From Gemmatimonadota bacterium (GTDB lineage Bacteria; Gemmatimonadota; Gemmatimonadetes; Gemmatimonadales; GWC2-71-9): a stretch of DNA of 64,000 nt. Shown here one piece after another: positions 36,983 through 47,705 of this stretch. The stretch lies in the NCBI GenBank assembly GCA_039588295.1, contig JBDHAB010000007.1:1-64000 (forward strand), written 5' to 3'. Within the stretch, counting starts at the first letter, position 1, and the number at the start of each line of letters is the position of its first letter. The position numbers and the translations under genes were made by a program. The notes beneath the pieces are model-generated. The model saw nothing but the letters and a program-made list of their open reading frames with translations, made no database searches and had not been told where the DNA came from.

Positions 36983-38053
36983 CTAGCCTTTGATGATCGT
37001 CACGTCACCGGAGCCGGTGTCGACGAGCAGCCTGGCCCCGCCATTGCCGATGACGCCCGTAACGTGTGTGCGGTCCCACTGTCGCATTTGCACCGGGAAA
37101 TCGACTTGGATGCCGCCGCTGCCCGTGTCGATCTCGAGCTCGGCTTCAAAGGTCTCCGGGACGGTCAGCGTTACGTCACCGGACCCCGTATCGATCTCGA
37201 TGTCTCGCGGGTCGCCGGTCAACACGAGGTCCACAGACCCGCTCCCGGTGTCGATGACAACGTCGCGGGCCGTTGCGCCGTCCACGTCCACATCACCCGA
37301 ACCGGTATCGATCTCCAGCGTCGCCACCGAAACGTTGTCGGCCGTCACCTCACCGGAGCCGGTATCGATGCGCAGCAGGTCGCCTCTGACTCCGTGGACA
37401 TCGACTTCTCCCGAACCGGTGTCGATATCGACGTCGCCTTCGGCGTCGCTCACGTCGACCTCGCCGGACCCGACGTCGATCACGAGCCGGCCGCTGGTTC
37501 CGGCTGTCGTGACCGGCGCGCTGTGCGTGTCGAGCCGCAGATCGCCGTTCACGTTCGACACCGACACCTCGCCGACGGCGAGGTACATCGCAAACGACTT
37601 GCCGGCTGGGACTCGCACCCGCAGGTCCGCAAATGCCTCGAGACCGTCGCCCGATCCCGAGATCCGGATGCGACGCCCCGCTTCGCGTCGTCTGCGGTCG
37701 TACTCGTCGCTGAAGGTTCCGTCGTCCCGCACTCGCAGCTCGGTGGAGCCATGGTCGTAGTCGCCGAACACGATGCGGTCACCCGGATAGACCACGCGAA
37801 GGGTCATCCAGTCACCGATCGGCCCCCGTTCGATCTGGAGCTGCTCGGCGTCGGGCCCACCGCGCCGGACCTCCACGACGACGTTCGACCCGCTGCCGGG
37901 CTCCACGGTCACGTCGCCGGCGAGGTTGTAGACCGCAACCCGACTCCCCGAGAGCTGGTACTGGTCTTGCTGCTGCAGTGGCTCACCGGGCCGGTGCAGG
38001 GTCCATGCCCCGCCGACCGCGATCATCGCAGCGAGCGCCAAGCTGGTTCTCAT
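36983..38053 (-). CDS. DUF4097 beta-strand repeat protein, exported
   Basis: Many IDTGSG(D/E)V repeats and an N-terminal signal. Confidence 0.88.
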   Translation of the reverse strand: MRTSLALAAMIAVGGAWTLHRPGEPLQQQDQYQLSGSRVAVYNLAGDVTVEPGSGSNVVVEVRRGGPDAEQLQIERGPIGDWMTLRVVYPGDRIVFGDYDHGSTELRVRDDGTFSDEYDRRRREAGRRIRISGSGDGLEAFADLRVRVPAGKSFAMYLAVGEVSVSNVNGDLRLDTHSAPVTTAGTSGRLVIDVGSGEVDVSDAEGDVDIDTGSGEVDVHGVRGDLLRIDTGSGEVTADNVSVATLEIDTGSGDVDVDGATARDVVIDTGSGSVDLVLTGDPRDIEIDTGSGDVTLTVPETFEAELEIDTGSGGIQVDFPVQMRQWDRTHVTGVIGNGGARLLVDTGSGDVTIIKG

Positions 38054-38191
38054 TTGCTCTCTCCGTAAGTGAAATGGCTTGCCGTGATGCCGAGCGGTTA
38101 GATACCGAACCCTACGGAAACGTTGAAACACCCGTTTCAGACGCCGGCGGTCGACCTGCCACGGCCGCGGTGGCCCCGGGGGGCGGCGCTG

Positions 38192-39136
38192 TCAGGGCGT
38201 CGCGGGGGGGATGGTGTGGGGGAGCGCGCCGGCCGCCGGTCTGCCTTCGACACGGTTGTCGTAGTAGCGGAGCGTCGGGTAGGCGAAGTCGATGTCGTCG
38301 CACTGGCTGAACGCTTCCAACACGTCCTCCCAGATCGCTTCCGACGAGCTCCGACGCTTTCGTGGCTCGCACAGGTACCGAATGGTGAGCAGGACACCGC
38401 TGTCGGCGACGCTGGTGTACACGATGGGGGTGAGGGCCGCATAGAAGATCATGAAGCGACGCGCGGTCTCCTTGATCCGCTGCTCGGCCGGCTTGGTGAG
38501 ATGCGCGGCATGCTTTTGCGCGATGGTGCCCATCAGCTCCTTTGCACGACGCCAATTGCTCTCGAACGTGACCAGCACCGGCAACTCGTTCCAGATATGC
38601 TGGAATCCCTTGCTGTAGTTCGCGAGGACCTCGGTGAGCACCGAGCCGTTGGGCACGTGAATCACGCGGCCGGTGCTTTGGTCGGCATCCACCCAGTTGC
38701 CGATCTCGAGCAGCGAGAACTGAAAGATCCGGATATCGATCACATCGCCGGCATGCGGACCGATCTGGATGCGATCGCCGACCTCGAACGGGCGGCGCCA
38801 GAGAATGAATGCCCACCCTGCCAAGTTGACGAGCAGATCCTTGAGCGCGATCGCAATACCAGCGGAAACCAGGCCGAGGAACGTCGCAATCGGACCGATG
38901 CCCTCGAACCAGAAGCGGCCGACGATCAGGATCCCGACCGGCACGACGATGTACGAGGTGGTCTTCTGCCAGCGGTAGCGAGCCCGCACGTCCTCCACTC
39001 GGCGCCAGACGATCGCCAAGACGATGCGGCGCAGCGCCCAGAGTACGAGAATCGCGACGAGGGACTGGGTAATCCGGTCCATGGTCGGGTCGCTTATCCC
39101 GAGCGTTTCCTGGAGCCAACCGATTCTTCGATCCAA
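38192..39136 (-). CDS. Small-conductance mechanosensitive channel (MscS family); start TTG 39136 or ATG 39082
   Basis: GLVSAGIAIALKD...N, RPFEVGDRIQIG..GDV.DI, VPN, FAYP. Confidence 0.9.
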   Translation of the reverse strand: MDRRIGWLQETLGISDPTMDRITQSLVAILVLWALRRIVLAIVWRRVEDVRARYRWQKTTSYIVVPVGILIVGRFWFEGIGPIATFLGLVSAGIAIALKDLLVNLAGWAFILWRRPFEVGDRIQIGPHAGDVIDIRIFQFSLLEIGNWVDADQSTGRVIHVPNGSVLTEVLANYSKGFQHIWNELPVLVTFESNWRRAKELMGTIAQKHAAHLTKPAEQRIKETARRFMIFYAALTPIVYTSVADSGVLLTIRYLCEPRKRRSSSEAIWEDVLEAFSQCDDIDFAYPTLRYYDNRVEGRPAAGALPHTIPPATP

Positions 39137-39741
39137 TGGTCCGGCGCATGCGGTTCCAGGATTTGGCGCGAAAAGGGTCCCCAGAGCACGGCGGCGGTCG
39201 CGACGCCCGCGGCCCGCCCTGCCGTGAGATCGTGGGGGGAGTCTCCGACGAACACGGTGTGCGTCGGATCGGCGTCCATCAAGGTGAGTGCCCGGGTCAC
39301 GGGCTCGGGGTCGGGCTTGTGACGCTGCACGTCGTCGGCGCACACGAGGGTCGCGAACAACCCATCGTAGCCACAATGCGTGAGTCCGCGCAGAGTGGCG
39401 GCGCGTGTCTTGCTCGTGACGATGCCCAGCGGTACGTCCCGCCGGCTCAGCTCCCGCACCGACTCCAACACACCAGGGTACTCGCGCACGAGAGCATCGT
39501 GATGGGCGAGATTGTGCTCGCGGTACGTCTGCACCATCGCGGCGATCTCCTCCCGGTCCTCGGTGAACTTGCGGAACTGTGTCCAGAGGGGCGTCCCCAG
39601 GCCGGCCAACCAGACGTCGTCGGGCGGGGTGGTGCCGCGATGCACCTCGAGGGTATGGCGATAGGAGCGGAGGATGAGCTCGACGGAATCGATCAGCGTG
39701 CCGTCGAGATCGAAGAGGACCGTAGTGGCGTCGCGTCGCAT
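39094..39741 (-). CDS. HAD-IA hydrolase (PpaX/phosphoglycolate phosphatase-like)
   Basis: FDLDGTLID, VTSK, KPDP, VGDSPHD. Confidence 0.9.
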   Translation of the reverse strand: MRRDATTVLFDLDGTLIDSVELILRSYRHTLEVHRGTTPPDDVWLAGLGTPLWTQFRKFTEDREEIAAMVQTYREHNLAHHDALVREYPGVLESVRELSRRDVPLGIVTSKTRAATLRGLTHCGYDGLFATLVCADDVQRHKPDPEPVTRALTLMDADPTHTVFVGDSPHDLTAGRAAGVATAAVLWGPFSRQILEPHAPDHWIEESVGSRKRSG

Positions 39742-39872
39742 GGGCGGCAATATAACCACCGCCTTCCGGTCGCCGCCCGGCGCGCCCCCCCCCGCACGGG
39801 ACGCCCTCCTCTGCTATCTTAAGTGCTTGGCCACTACCTGCTCACGAGTCCCTGGGGTCTTGAGAGATTGTC

Positions 39873-42551
39873 ATGAGGTCGCCTGAGGGTGTCCAACGAA
39901 GGTCGCTGACCATCGCCGGGTGCGTCGTGCTCGGCATCCTGGTCGGGAGCGCCGGGCACCTCGCCGCGCAGGAGGCAGCAGCCGCGCGGGTCAATGGCGA
40001 GGAGCCGGTCGTCGACGGCCGGTTGGAGGATCCGACCTGGCGGTACGCGATTCCCGTCGCCGACTTCTTGCAGCGCAACCCCGTCGAGGGTGCCGTCCCC
40101 AGCGAGTCGACGGAGGTGCGGTTCGCCTACACGGACCACGACCTGTACGTGGCCTTCCGCGGCTTCGACCGCCAACCCGACCGGGTGTACGGCCGTCTCG
40201 TGCGCCGCGATCAACGCGCCTCGTCCGACGACTTCAGCCTGTTTCTCGATTCCTATCACGACAAGCGAACGGCGTTCGAGTTTACCATCAACCCGTCCGG
40301 CGCGCGTCGGGATGTGCTCATTTACGACGACGGCTTTGGGCGGGACGATTCTTGGGATCCGGTCTTCGACTGGGCGACGCGACGAGACTCGCTCGGGTGG
40401 ACGGTGGAGATGCGGATCCCGTTCTCGCAGCTGCGTTTTTCGCGCCGGGATTCGCTGGTGTTCGGACTGCGGGTGCGGCGGAGCATCAACCGGCGGAATG
40501 AGGAGCTCAACTGGCCGTTCTTCCCGCGCGACCAGGCGGGCGAGGTCTCGCACTACGGCACGCTGGTGGGGCTCGTGGACGTGCCGCGGCCACAACGCCT
40601 CGAGCTGCTGCCGTACGTGGCCGGCAGCTCCAGCTTCGAGCCCTCGGAGGAGGGAAATCCGTTTGCCACGGGCCGCAACTCGAGCGGGCGCATCGGCGCC
40701 GATCTGAAGCTCGGCGTGACGAGTGGGCTCACGCTCGATCTCACGGCGAACCCCGATTTCGGACAAGTCGAAGCGGACGCCGCCGTCGTCAATCTTTCCG
40801 AATTCGAAAGCTTCTTCCCGGAGAAGCGTCCGTTCTTCGTCGAAGGAATAAACCTGTTCCAGTTCGGCCTCGCGCCGTCGGAGCGGCGCGGGTTTGGTGG
40901 CGGGGGAGGGCGCGGCGGCGAGGAAGGGCTGGTGTACACCCGCCGGATCGGCCGGGCACCGCAGGTCTCGGCGGATGACGACGAGGGATACGCGGAGGAG
41001 ATTGGTCAGACCACCATCCTGAGTGCCGCCAAGCTCAGCGGCCAAGTCGGCAGCGGGTGGTCGGTGGGACTCGCCCAGGCGGTGACCGCAAAGCAGCAGG
41101 CGGACATCGTCGACGCGGCTGGCGTCCCCGGTCAGTCGCCCGTCGAGCCGCTCACCAGCTACACGGTGTTGCGGGCTGAGCGCTCCCTGAGGAACGGCCG
41201 CCTCGCCTATGGCGCGATCGCCACGGGCACCGTGCGGCACCTGGATGAGTTGGCATTCGACGAGCTCCACTCGCGGGCGTTTACTGCCGGCCTCGATGTA
41301 GGCGGCCGCTTTGGGGGCGACGGCTATGAGTTCGCCCTCGCGCTCATGGGCTCGCGCGTCGAGGGATCCGAGGAAGCGATCCTGGAGACGCAGGAGCGCT
41401 CCGCCCGGTACTTCCAGCGGCCCGATCAGACCCACATGCGCGTCGATTCATCGCGGACGTCGCTCTCCGGGCTCGCGGCGTACGCGCGGCTCGCCAAGCC
41501 CGTTGGCTTCGTGACTTGGCGCGCGCAGGTTGCGTCGCGAAGTCCTGCCTTCGAGGTGAACGACCTGGGGTTCCAGCGGCAGGCGGACGTGCACGCACAG
41601 GAGGCGGAACTCGAGGTTCGGTGGCTCGAGCCGGGTCGCGTTTTTCGGGAGTTCTCGGTGGAGCTTCAGGAGCAAGCGAACTTCACGTACGGCTGGGAAC
41701 GCACTCAAACGACCCTCGAGTCCAGCGTGTCCGCAGAGTTTCTGAACTACTGGACGGTCGATGTGAACGTCGAACGCCGGTTCTCGGCCGACAACACCCG
41801 ACTGCTGCGTGGCGGGCCGGCCCTAGCGGAGCCGGGCGAATGGGAGCTCCGATTGAGCGGGAGGACCGACTTCCGACGCTCGTTGTGGGCACGGGCCGGG
41901 TTTAATCACAACGCCGAAGATGCGAGTGGGGCGAAGCGCTGGGGTGTGAATGGGCAAATGCGGTGGCGCCCTCCAGGGAGCTTCTCGTTCAGTCTCGAAG
42001 GGCGCGCGAGGTGGGGGGCAACGGATCGACAGTACGTCACGCAAGAGACACCGAACGACTCGACGTTCTATGTCCTGGGTCGCCTCAATCGCAAGGAAGC
42101 GTCCCTGACCTTGCGAGCCGATGTTGTGCTGTCCCCACATCTCTCCCTGGAGTTGTACGCCGAGCCGTTCGTGTCCGCGGGACGGTACGATGCACTGCGG
42201 TTGGCGGCGGACCCACGCGCCGATCGATACGCGGATCGCTTTGACCCGTTGGGTGGGGACCGAATCACCCGACCCGGCAACGAGGAGGATATCGCGGTCG
42301 ACGTGGACGTGGACGGCGTGGCGGATTTCTCTTTTTCGGAGCCGGACTTCCGCGTCGTGTCACTTCGAACCAACGCGGTCCTGCGTTGGGAGTTTCGGCC
42401 CGGCTCGACCCTGTTTCTCGTGTGGCAACAGAATCGTGGTGACGAGGTGCAGGATGCCACCCGTGGCCTGTCCGGTGGACTCGGCGACGCGTTCGGCGCA
42501 CCCGGCAGCCATGTGCTGGCCGTCAAGATCTCGTATTGGCTCGGCCTCTAG
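39873..42551 (+). CDS. CBM9-like + DUF5916 outer-membrane protein
   Basis: VDGRLED..W, WTVEMRIPFSQLRF, NPDFGQVEAD, EKRPFFVEG, LRWEFRPGSTLFLVW. Confidence 0.88.
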   Translation: MRSPEGVQRRSLTIAGCVVLGILVGSAGHLAAQEAAAARVNGEEPVVDGRLEDPTWRYAIPVADFLQRNPVEGAVPSESTEVRFAYTDHDLYVAFRGFDRQPDRVYGRLVRRDQRASSDDFSLFLDSYHDKRTAFEFTINPSGARRDVLIYDDGFGRDDSWDPVFDWATRRDSLGWTVEMRIPFSQLRFSRRDSLVFGLRVRRSINRRNEELNWPFFPRDQAGEVSHYGTLVGLVDVPRPQRLELLPYVAGSSSFEPSEEGNPFATGRNSSGRIGADLKLGVTSGLTLDLTANPDFGQVEADAAVVNLSEFESFFPEKRPFFVEGINLFQFGLAPSERRGFGGGGGRGGEEGLVYTRRIGRAPQVSADDDEGYAEEIGQTTILSAAKLSGQVGSGWSVGLAQAVTAKQQADIVDAAGVPGQSPVEPLTSYTVLRAERSLRNGRLAYGAIATGTVRHLDELAFDELHSRAFTAGLDVGGRFGGDGYEFALALMGSRVEGSEEAILETQERSARYFQRPDQTHMRVDSSRTSLSGLAAYARLAKPVGFVTWRAQVASRSPAFEVNDLGFQRQADVHAQEAELEVRWLEPGRVFREFSVELQEQANFTYGWERTQTTLESSVSAEFLNYWTVDVNVERRFSADNTRLLRGGPALAEPGEWELRLSGRTDFRRSLWARAGFNHNAEDASGAKRWGVNGQMRWRPPGSFSFSLEGRARWGATDRQYVTQETPNDSTFYVLGRLNRKEASLTLRADVVLSPHLSLELYAEPFVSAGRYDALRLAADPRADRYADRFDPLGGDRITRPGNEEDIAVDVDVDGVADFSFSEPDFRVVSLRTNAVLRWEFRPGSTLFLVWQQNRGDEVQDATRGLSGGLGDAFGAPGSHVLAVKISYWLGL

Positions 42552-42590
42552 CTCGCCGCAGGTAACGGACCCTCACTCCGAGGTCGGACA

Positions 42591-44318
42591 ATGAATCGGA
42601 GACGGCTGCTGTTCCCCGTGCTGCTCGGCGTGCTCCTCGTATGGTCGTCGGACCACGCCGCGGCTCAGAGTCCCTCCGCCGCGGGAGCACGGGAGCAACC
42701 GTTCGATGTGCTGATTGCCGGTGGCCGCGTGATGGACGGCACGGGCAACCCCTGGCGCTATGCGGACGTCGGCATCCGTGGGGATCGCATTGTGGCGGTG
42801 GGCCGACTCCGAGGCGCCGCTTCCACCCGGGTCATCGATGCCCGCGGCAAGATCGTCACACCTGGATTTGTCGACATCCATTCACATGCTGACGGTCCGA
42901 AGTACGGATCCCAAGGGTTGCGGGCCAGCGACGAACGCCGGCGCGCCGCGCCGAATCTGGTGATGCAGGGCATCACGACCGTGGTCGTCAACCAGGACGG
43001 CCGCTCGCCGCGCTCGATCGCCGAGCAGCGGCAAACACTCGAGCGCTTGGGGATCGGCGTCAATGCTGCGCTGCTCATCGGTCACGGATCCGTTCGTGGG
43101 GAAGTGATGGGAAGCGATTATCGCCGCCCCGCAACGCGCGGGGAAGTCGACAGCATGCGGGTGCTGGTGCGGCGAGGTTTAGCGGAAGGGGCGTGGGGTC
43201 TTTCGGCGGGACTCGAGTACGTACCTGGCCGGTGGAGCACGACGGATGAGGTCGTCGCGTTGGTGAAGGAAACGGTGCCGCAGCAGGGTGTCTACATCGC
43301 GCATGAGCGAAGCGAGGGCGCCGATCCGATGTGGTACTGGCCGAGTCAGCACGAAGGCCGGCCACCGTCGCTGGTCGATGCGGTCCGCGAGACGATCGAG
43401 ATCGGTGAGCGGACGGGTGCCACCGTGGTCGCATCGCACATCAAGGCCAAGGGTGCGCACTACTGGGGCGCGAGCCGAGTGGTGATCCGTCTCATTGACG
43501 AGGCGCGCCGCCGCGGCGTGTCGGTCTACGCCGATCAGTATCCCTACAACACGACCGGAAGTGATGGGAGCACGGTGCTGATCCCACGCTGGGTGTTCAG
43601 TCGCGAGCGCGCCGGAGAGCCGGAAGATTATGCCGCCGCTCTTCGGGATGCCTTGTCCGTGGATTCGCTCGCGTCCATGGTCCGTTTGGATGTCGCTCAC
43701 GAGATCCGGCGCCGCGGTGGACCTCAGCACGTGGTGGTCATGGAGTACCCGATCGCGGATTGGGTGGGGCAGACCGTGGGCGACCTCGCTGCGACCCGCG
43801 GTGTCTCCGCCGTTGATATGGCCATTGTGCTGCAACTGGAGGGAGACCCCCGGCAGGCGGGAGGTGGAGCGCTCAGAGGCTTCTCGCTTTCGGAATACGA
43901 CATCGAGCCGTACGCCAAACAGGAGTGGACCGCCACGGCGACGGACGGTTGGATCAGCCTGCCGGAGGATGGGCTCACGCACGCGCGGGTCTACGGAACG
44001 TTCCCACGGAAGATCAGGCGCTACGCGATCGAACGGGAGTTGATGACCATCGAGCAGGCAGTGCGATCCTCGACCTCGCTTCCAGCTGCGATCATGGGAT
44101 TCGCCGACCGGGGCGCGCTGGTCGAGGGCCATGCGGCCGACATCGTCGTCTTCGACCCCGAATCGATCGCGGACAACGCCACGTTCTTCGACCCGCATCG
44201 CTATCCAAGCGGAATGGAGTACGTGCTGGTGAACGGACGCTTCGTGGTGGATGGCGGCGAACCCACATGGGCCCTTCCTGGGCGAGTGCTCACGCACGAG
44301 GGCAGCTTGGGGCGGTAA
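42591..44318 (+). CDS. Amidohydrolase, N-acyl-D-amino-acid deacylase family
   Basis: PGFVDIHSH, SHIK, DQYPY, YGTFPR, ADIVVFDP. Confidence 0.9.
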   Translation: MNRRRLLFPVLLGVLLVWSSDHAAAQSPSAAGAREQPFDVLIAGGRVMDGTGNPWRYADVGIRGDRIVAVGRLRGAASTRVIDARGKIVTPGFVDIHSHADGPKYGSQGLRASDERRRAAPNLVMQGITTVVVNQDGRSPRSIAEQRQTLERLGIGVNAALLIGHGSVRGEVMGSDYRRPATRGEVDSMRVLVRRGLAEGAWGLSAGLEYVPGRWSTTDEVVALVKETVPQQGVYIAHERSEGADPMWYWPSQHEGRPPSLVDAVRETIEIGERTGATVVASHIKAKGAHYWGASRVVIRLIDEARRRGVSVYADQYPYNTTGSDGSTVLIPRWVFSRERAGEPEDYAAALRDALSVDSLASMVRLDVAHEIRRRGGPQHVVVMEYPIADWVGQTVGDLAATRGVSAVDMAIVLQLEGDPRQAGGGALRGFSLSEYDIEPYAKQEWTATATDGWISLPEDGLTHARVYGTFPRKIRRYAIERELMTIEQAVRSSTSLPAAIMGFADRGALVEGHAADIVVFDPESIADNATFFDPHRYPSGMEYVLVNGRFVVDGGEPTWALPGRVLTHEGSLGR

Positions 44319-44428
44319 CGCATGAGGACGGCCACCCCTGCGATGCTGTGCGTCGGTCGTGCAGATTCACAACCGGCGACGCGAGGACCGTCGCATTCTC
44401 TCTTTCTGGCTTCTCCCTTGCTCCCTCT

Positions 44429-46873
44429 CTAGAACCCTCCTTGCCCGATCGGCGTCCCCGGCGGTGCGGGGCGCGATGTGCTTCGCGAGGTACCGGGGTC
44501 GCGTCGGTTGAGAAAGCGTTCGATGTCCGACCACACGAGCGCCAGGTGGGCCTGCTCGGCCGGCTGCCGAGGCTCGGTCTGCTGGATCTGGTCGTACAAC
44601 CGCCGTAACCCCCACTCGGCAGCGGCGCGCGCTTCGACCGTCGCCGCTGCATTGCCTGCCAGATCGAGCAGCGCGTCGACGAAGGCGCGCTGGACCACAC
44701 GTCTGAGCGGTGTCCACCCTGGGCCGTCCTGGGCACCCCACGTGTTGTCGCTGACGCGCGCGATGACCTCCTGCGGCGTCGGCACGTTGGGATCTCTCGC
44801 ATTGAGCGCGATCAGTCGAGCGATGCGGCGGCGGTCCAACAGGTTCTCGAGGGTCATGGTGGCGAGGATCCGGGCTGCACCGATCTGATCGAACGCGGGA
44901 TAGGCGTCCGAGGCAAAGAACCATTGGTCGGTCGCCGTGCCGTAAGCGCGGGGGGCCATGAGCGCGAGCACCCGCTCGGGAATGGCCAGGGCAGTGGGTT
45001 CCAGGGCGTCTAGCACGAGTTCCAGCGCACGGCGCTGGCGTTCCGGCGGAATGATCTTTGTTGGGGGCAGGCCGTCTCCGCGGACGGCGTAGCGGAACTC
45101 CATGCCACCGATCGCTTTGATTGCCGCTTCCAGGGTGTACCGGTGATGCAGATACACGGGCACCAGTCGATAGTTGAGCCACACCATGGGTTCTCCGTCT
45201 TGGAGGGCGCGCTCGTCGAACTGCTCGAGGAGCACCCGTCGCACCTCCATTACCCGCGCGAGTTCCTCCACGGCGTCAGCGCCGTTAATCCACTGCGTCA
45301 CCTCGGGATATGATCCCGACGCGGCATTATCACCGTCGGTGTTGAACTTGATGCCACGTCGTAACGCCTCCTCCACGATGGCCCGAAGACCCGTTTCCCC
45401 ATCGTCAGGGAATTCCGTGTATGCGTACCGCACGGCAATGGAGTCGTAGGCCCCCGGCCCGTCGCGGTACGCGTCACTCAAATCGATGCTGCCGTCGGTG
45501 AGCTTGATGAGCGGCGCGGGATAGTCCATCACGGAGGCGCGGCCGTAACTCGCTGCGATGAAGTTGTGGGCGAGGCCCAGCGTGTGGCCGACCTCGTGCG
45601 CGGCGTGCTGGCGCCGCCGCGCCATGGCGAACTCCTCACCGCTCGCGCGCGGGTCGAGTGTCGCCAGCCAGTCGGTGATCTCGAATGCCGACGCTTCAGC
45701 GGAGGTCGGAAGCGTTCCCGCGTAGATGTTGAAGTCGGTGAGCGACCGATAGGAATCCATCCGCACCGCCGCTTTGATGATCTCCCCCGTACGCGGATCC
45801 ACAAAGCTCGGCCCGATGGAGAACCCGGGGTCACTGCGGTGGACCCACTGAATCACGTTGTAGCGTGCGTCCATCGGGTCCATGGTGTCCGGCATGTCCA
45901 CGACTCGGAAGGCGTTGGAGAACCCCGCCGCCTCGAACACGTCGCTCCACCACGCCGCGCCGTCGCGGAACGCGGATCGGTACGGCTCGGAAATGCCCGT
46001 GTCCAGGTAGTACACGATGGGTTCGATCGGTTCGGACTGCGGTGCCGCTGGATCCTTCTTTTGCAGGCGGTGACGCGCGACGTAGCGCACTCGGTAGCGC
46101 TGGTCCAAGGAGCGCGAGAAATCGTAGAACGACACCGCGGAGTTGCCGATTCGCGGGTCGGCGCGACGCGGGACGAATCCGTCATCGGGCAGCTTCACCA
46201 AGGAGTGGTGCTGGCGGAGGGTGATCGCGCGGCCGTCTGGCGCGTTGGCCCTCACGATGGGACCCGAACGGTCGGAGGTGAACGTGATGGACGCCTCCAC
46301 CTCGGTGTTGATCGGAAACGCCCTGGTTCTCGGGAGGTAGATGGCGCTCCGGACTCGACTCGGGGTGTAGGTCCCTTGCTCCGTGGCGCGAAGGCGCTGC
46401 GCCACCCCCATGTGGTCGGCCATGAAGTGCGAAGTGGCATCGACCAACACGCGACCGTCTTCCTCGGCCAGGATCTCGAAGGCGGCGATCGTGGAGACCA
46501 CGAACGACTCCTCGACGGACCGGCGCAGCGCGGCATTCTCCGAGTTCGCGGCGCGAAACCGCGGATTGGTCCAGACGAGAAACACCTGCGGGCCCACGCG
46601 CTCAAATCGTGCGATCGCCTCATCGCCGATCATCCCGCGATCGAGGCCCAGCGGTACACTGCCCATGCCGGTAGCGAGCGAGGTGAGATAGAGGAACGGT
46701 TCGTCGAGTCGCGGGATCTCGAGCAGGAGTGTGGCGTCATCCGCATTCCAATAGAGCGGGAAGTACCCGTCTCGCTTCTCAAGATCCTTGGTGTACTCGC
46801 GGATGGACTGCTGTGCCGCCAGGCTCGCGGGCAGGAGTGCGGCGATGATGAGGAGCGCGGCGTTGCGAAACAT
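44429..46873 (-). CDS. Zinc-dependent metalloprotease (DUF5117/DUF4953, EcxA-like)
   Basis: HEVGHTLGLAHNF, SVMDYP Met-turn, DPRTGEII, signal peptide. Confidence 0.9.
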   Translation of the reverse strand: MFRNAALLIIAALLPASLAAQQSIREYTKDLEKRDGYFPLYWNADDATLLLEIPRLDEPFLYLTSLATGMGSVPLGLDRGMIGDEAIARFERVGPQVFLVWTNPRFRAANSENAALRRSVEESFVVSTIAAFEILAEEDGRVLVDATSHFMADHMGVAQRLRATEQGTYTPSRVRSAIYLPRTRAFPINTEVEASITFTSDRSGPIVRANAPDGRAITLRQHHSLVKLPDDGFVPRRADPRIGNSAVSFYDFSRSLDQRYRVRYVARHRLQKKDPAAPQSEPIEPIVYYLDTGISEPYRSAFRDGAAWWSDVFEAAGFSNAFRVVDMPDTMDPMDARYNVIQWVHRSDPGFSIGPSFVDPRTGEIIKAAVRMDSYRSLTDFNIYAGTLPTSAEASAFEITDWLATLDPRASGEEFAMARRRQHAAHEVGHTLGLAHNFIAASYGRASVMDYPAPLIKLTDGSIDLSDAYRDGPGAYDSIAVRYAYTEFPDDGETGLRAIVEEALRRGIKFNTDGDNAASGSYPEVTQWINGADAVEELARVMEVRRVLLEQFDERALQDGEPMVWLNYRLVPVYLHHRYTLEAAIKAIGGMEFRYAVRGDGLPPTKIIPPERQRRALELVLDALEPTALAIPERVLALMAPRAYGTATDQWFFASDAYPAFDQIGAARILATMTLENLLDRRRIARLIALNARDPNVPTPQEVIARVSDNTWGAQDGPGWTPLRRVVQRAFVDALLDLAGNAAATVEARAAAEWGLRRLYDQIQQTEPRQPAEQAHLALVWSDIERFLNRRDPGTSRSTSRPAPPGTPIGQGGF

Positions 46874-47013
46874 GGGACCTCCGGAACTGATGAGCGCCAG
46901 AAAGGAATGGGCAAAGTTCGCACAGTGCTTGGGTCGCAGGAACCCGGCAGCGACGGTGGGCACGGGCTGACTCGCTAGATTAGGCAGGTCGCCGGTCGGA
47001 GGATCGCTCACTG

Positions 47014-47565
47014 ATGCATGGTTGGGTTGGCAGGGTGGCGGCGCTGCTGCTGGCGGGGGCTGTGATGGCCGTTCCACAGGACGTGGAGGCACAACGGCTC
47101 CGGGTAGGGGCGAACATTCGCGGGCCGGCCAGACCTGGCCCCGAACTGGGGATCCGAGGTGGCTACGGCTTCGATGCAGAAGCCGTGTCGCTAGGTGGCC
47201 AGCTCCGCCTTCCCATCGGGCCGTTCATCGAGATCGTGCCCAGCGGCGATTACTTCTTGGCCGGCGACCAAACGGCCTGGCAGGCCAACCTCGATCTGGC
47301 GGTGCGCACCGGGTTTCGGCAGGTCCTGTACGCCGGCGTCGGGGGGGCGCTCGCCCACAGGGCATTTGAGATCCAAGGGATCGCCATCTTTCCGGAAGAC
47401 ACCAAGCTCGGTCTCAATCTGTTCGCCGGCGCATCCATTCCACGATTCCTCCGCACACGGATCCGACCCTACATCGAGGCGCGGTGGACCTTCGTGAGTG
47501 ACTTCGACGCGCAGTTCGACCTCGTGCTCGGTGTGAACTACGTTCTGAACGAGGGCCAGCCCTGA
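47014..47565 (+). CDS. Small outer-membrane beta-barrel protein
   Basis: Signal peptide VEA-Q and about 8 amphipathic strands ending LGVNY. Confidence 0.7.
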   Translation: MHGWVGRVAALLLAGAVMAVPQDVEAQRLRVGANIRGPARPGPELGIRGGYGFDAEAVSLGGQLRLPIGPFIEIVPSGDYFLAGDQTAWQANLDLAVRTGFRQVLYAGVGGALAHRAFEIQGIAIFPEDTKLGLNLFAGASIPRFLRTRIRPYIEARWTFVSDFDAQFDLVLGVNYVLNEGQP

Positions 47566-47705
47566 GCCCACCGGCGTGGCGTGGGATGATTCCTGAAGCG
47601 TCGTCGCGCGAGGCCCCCCTCGAGCCACCGACGCACCGGGGCAGAAACGCCCAGGGCCGGCCGACTGACGCCGACCGGCCCCAACCAATCCACTGAGTTT
47701 GCCGC

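Noticed and set aside
36983..37500. Periodic DNA repeats (atcgacaccgg-like) resembling an array
   Set aside because: They encode the IDTGSG protein repeats of DUF4097. No CRISPR-type identical repeats with unique spacers, and no cas genes.
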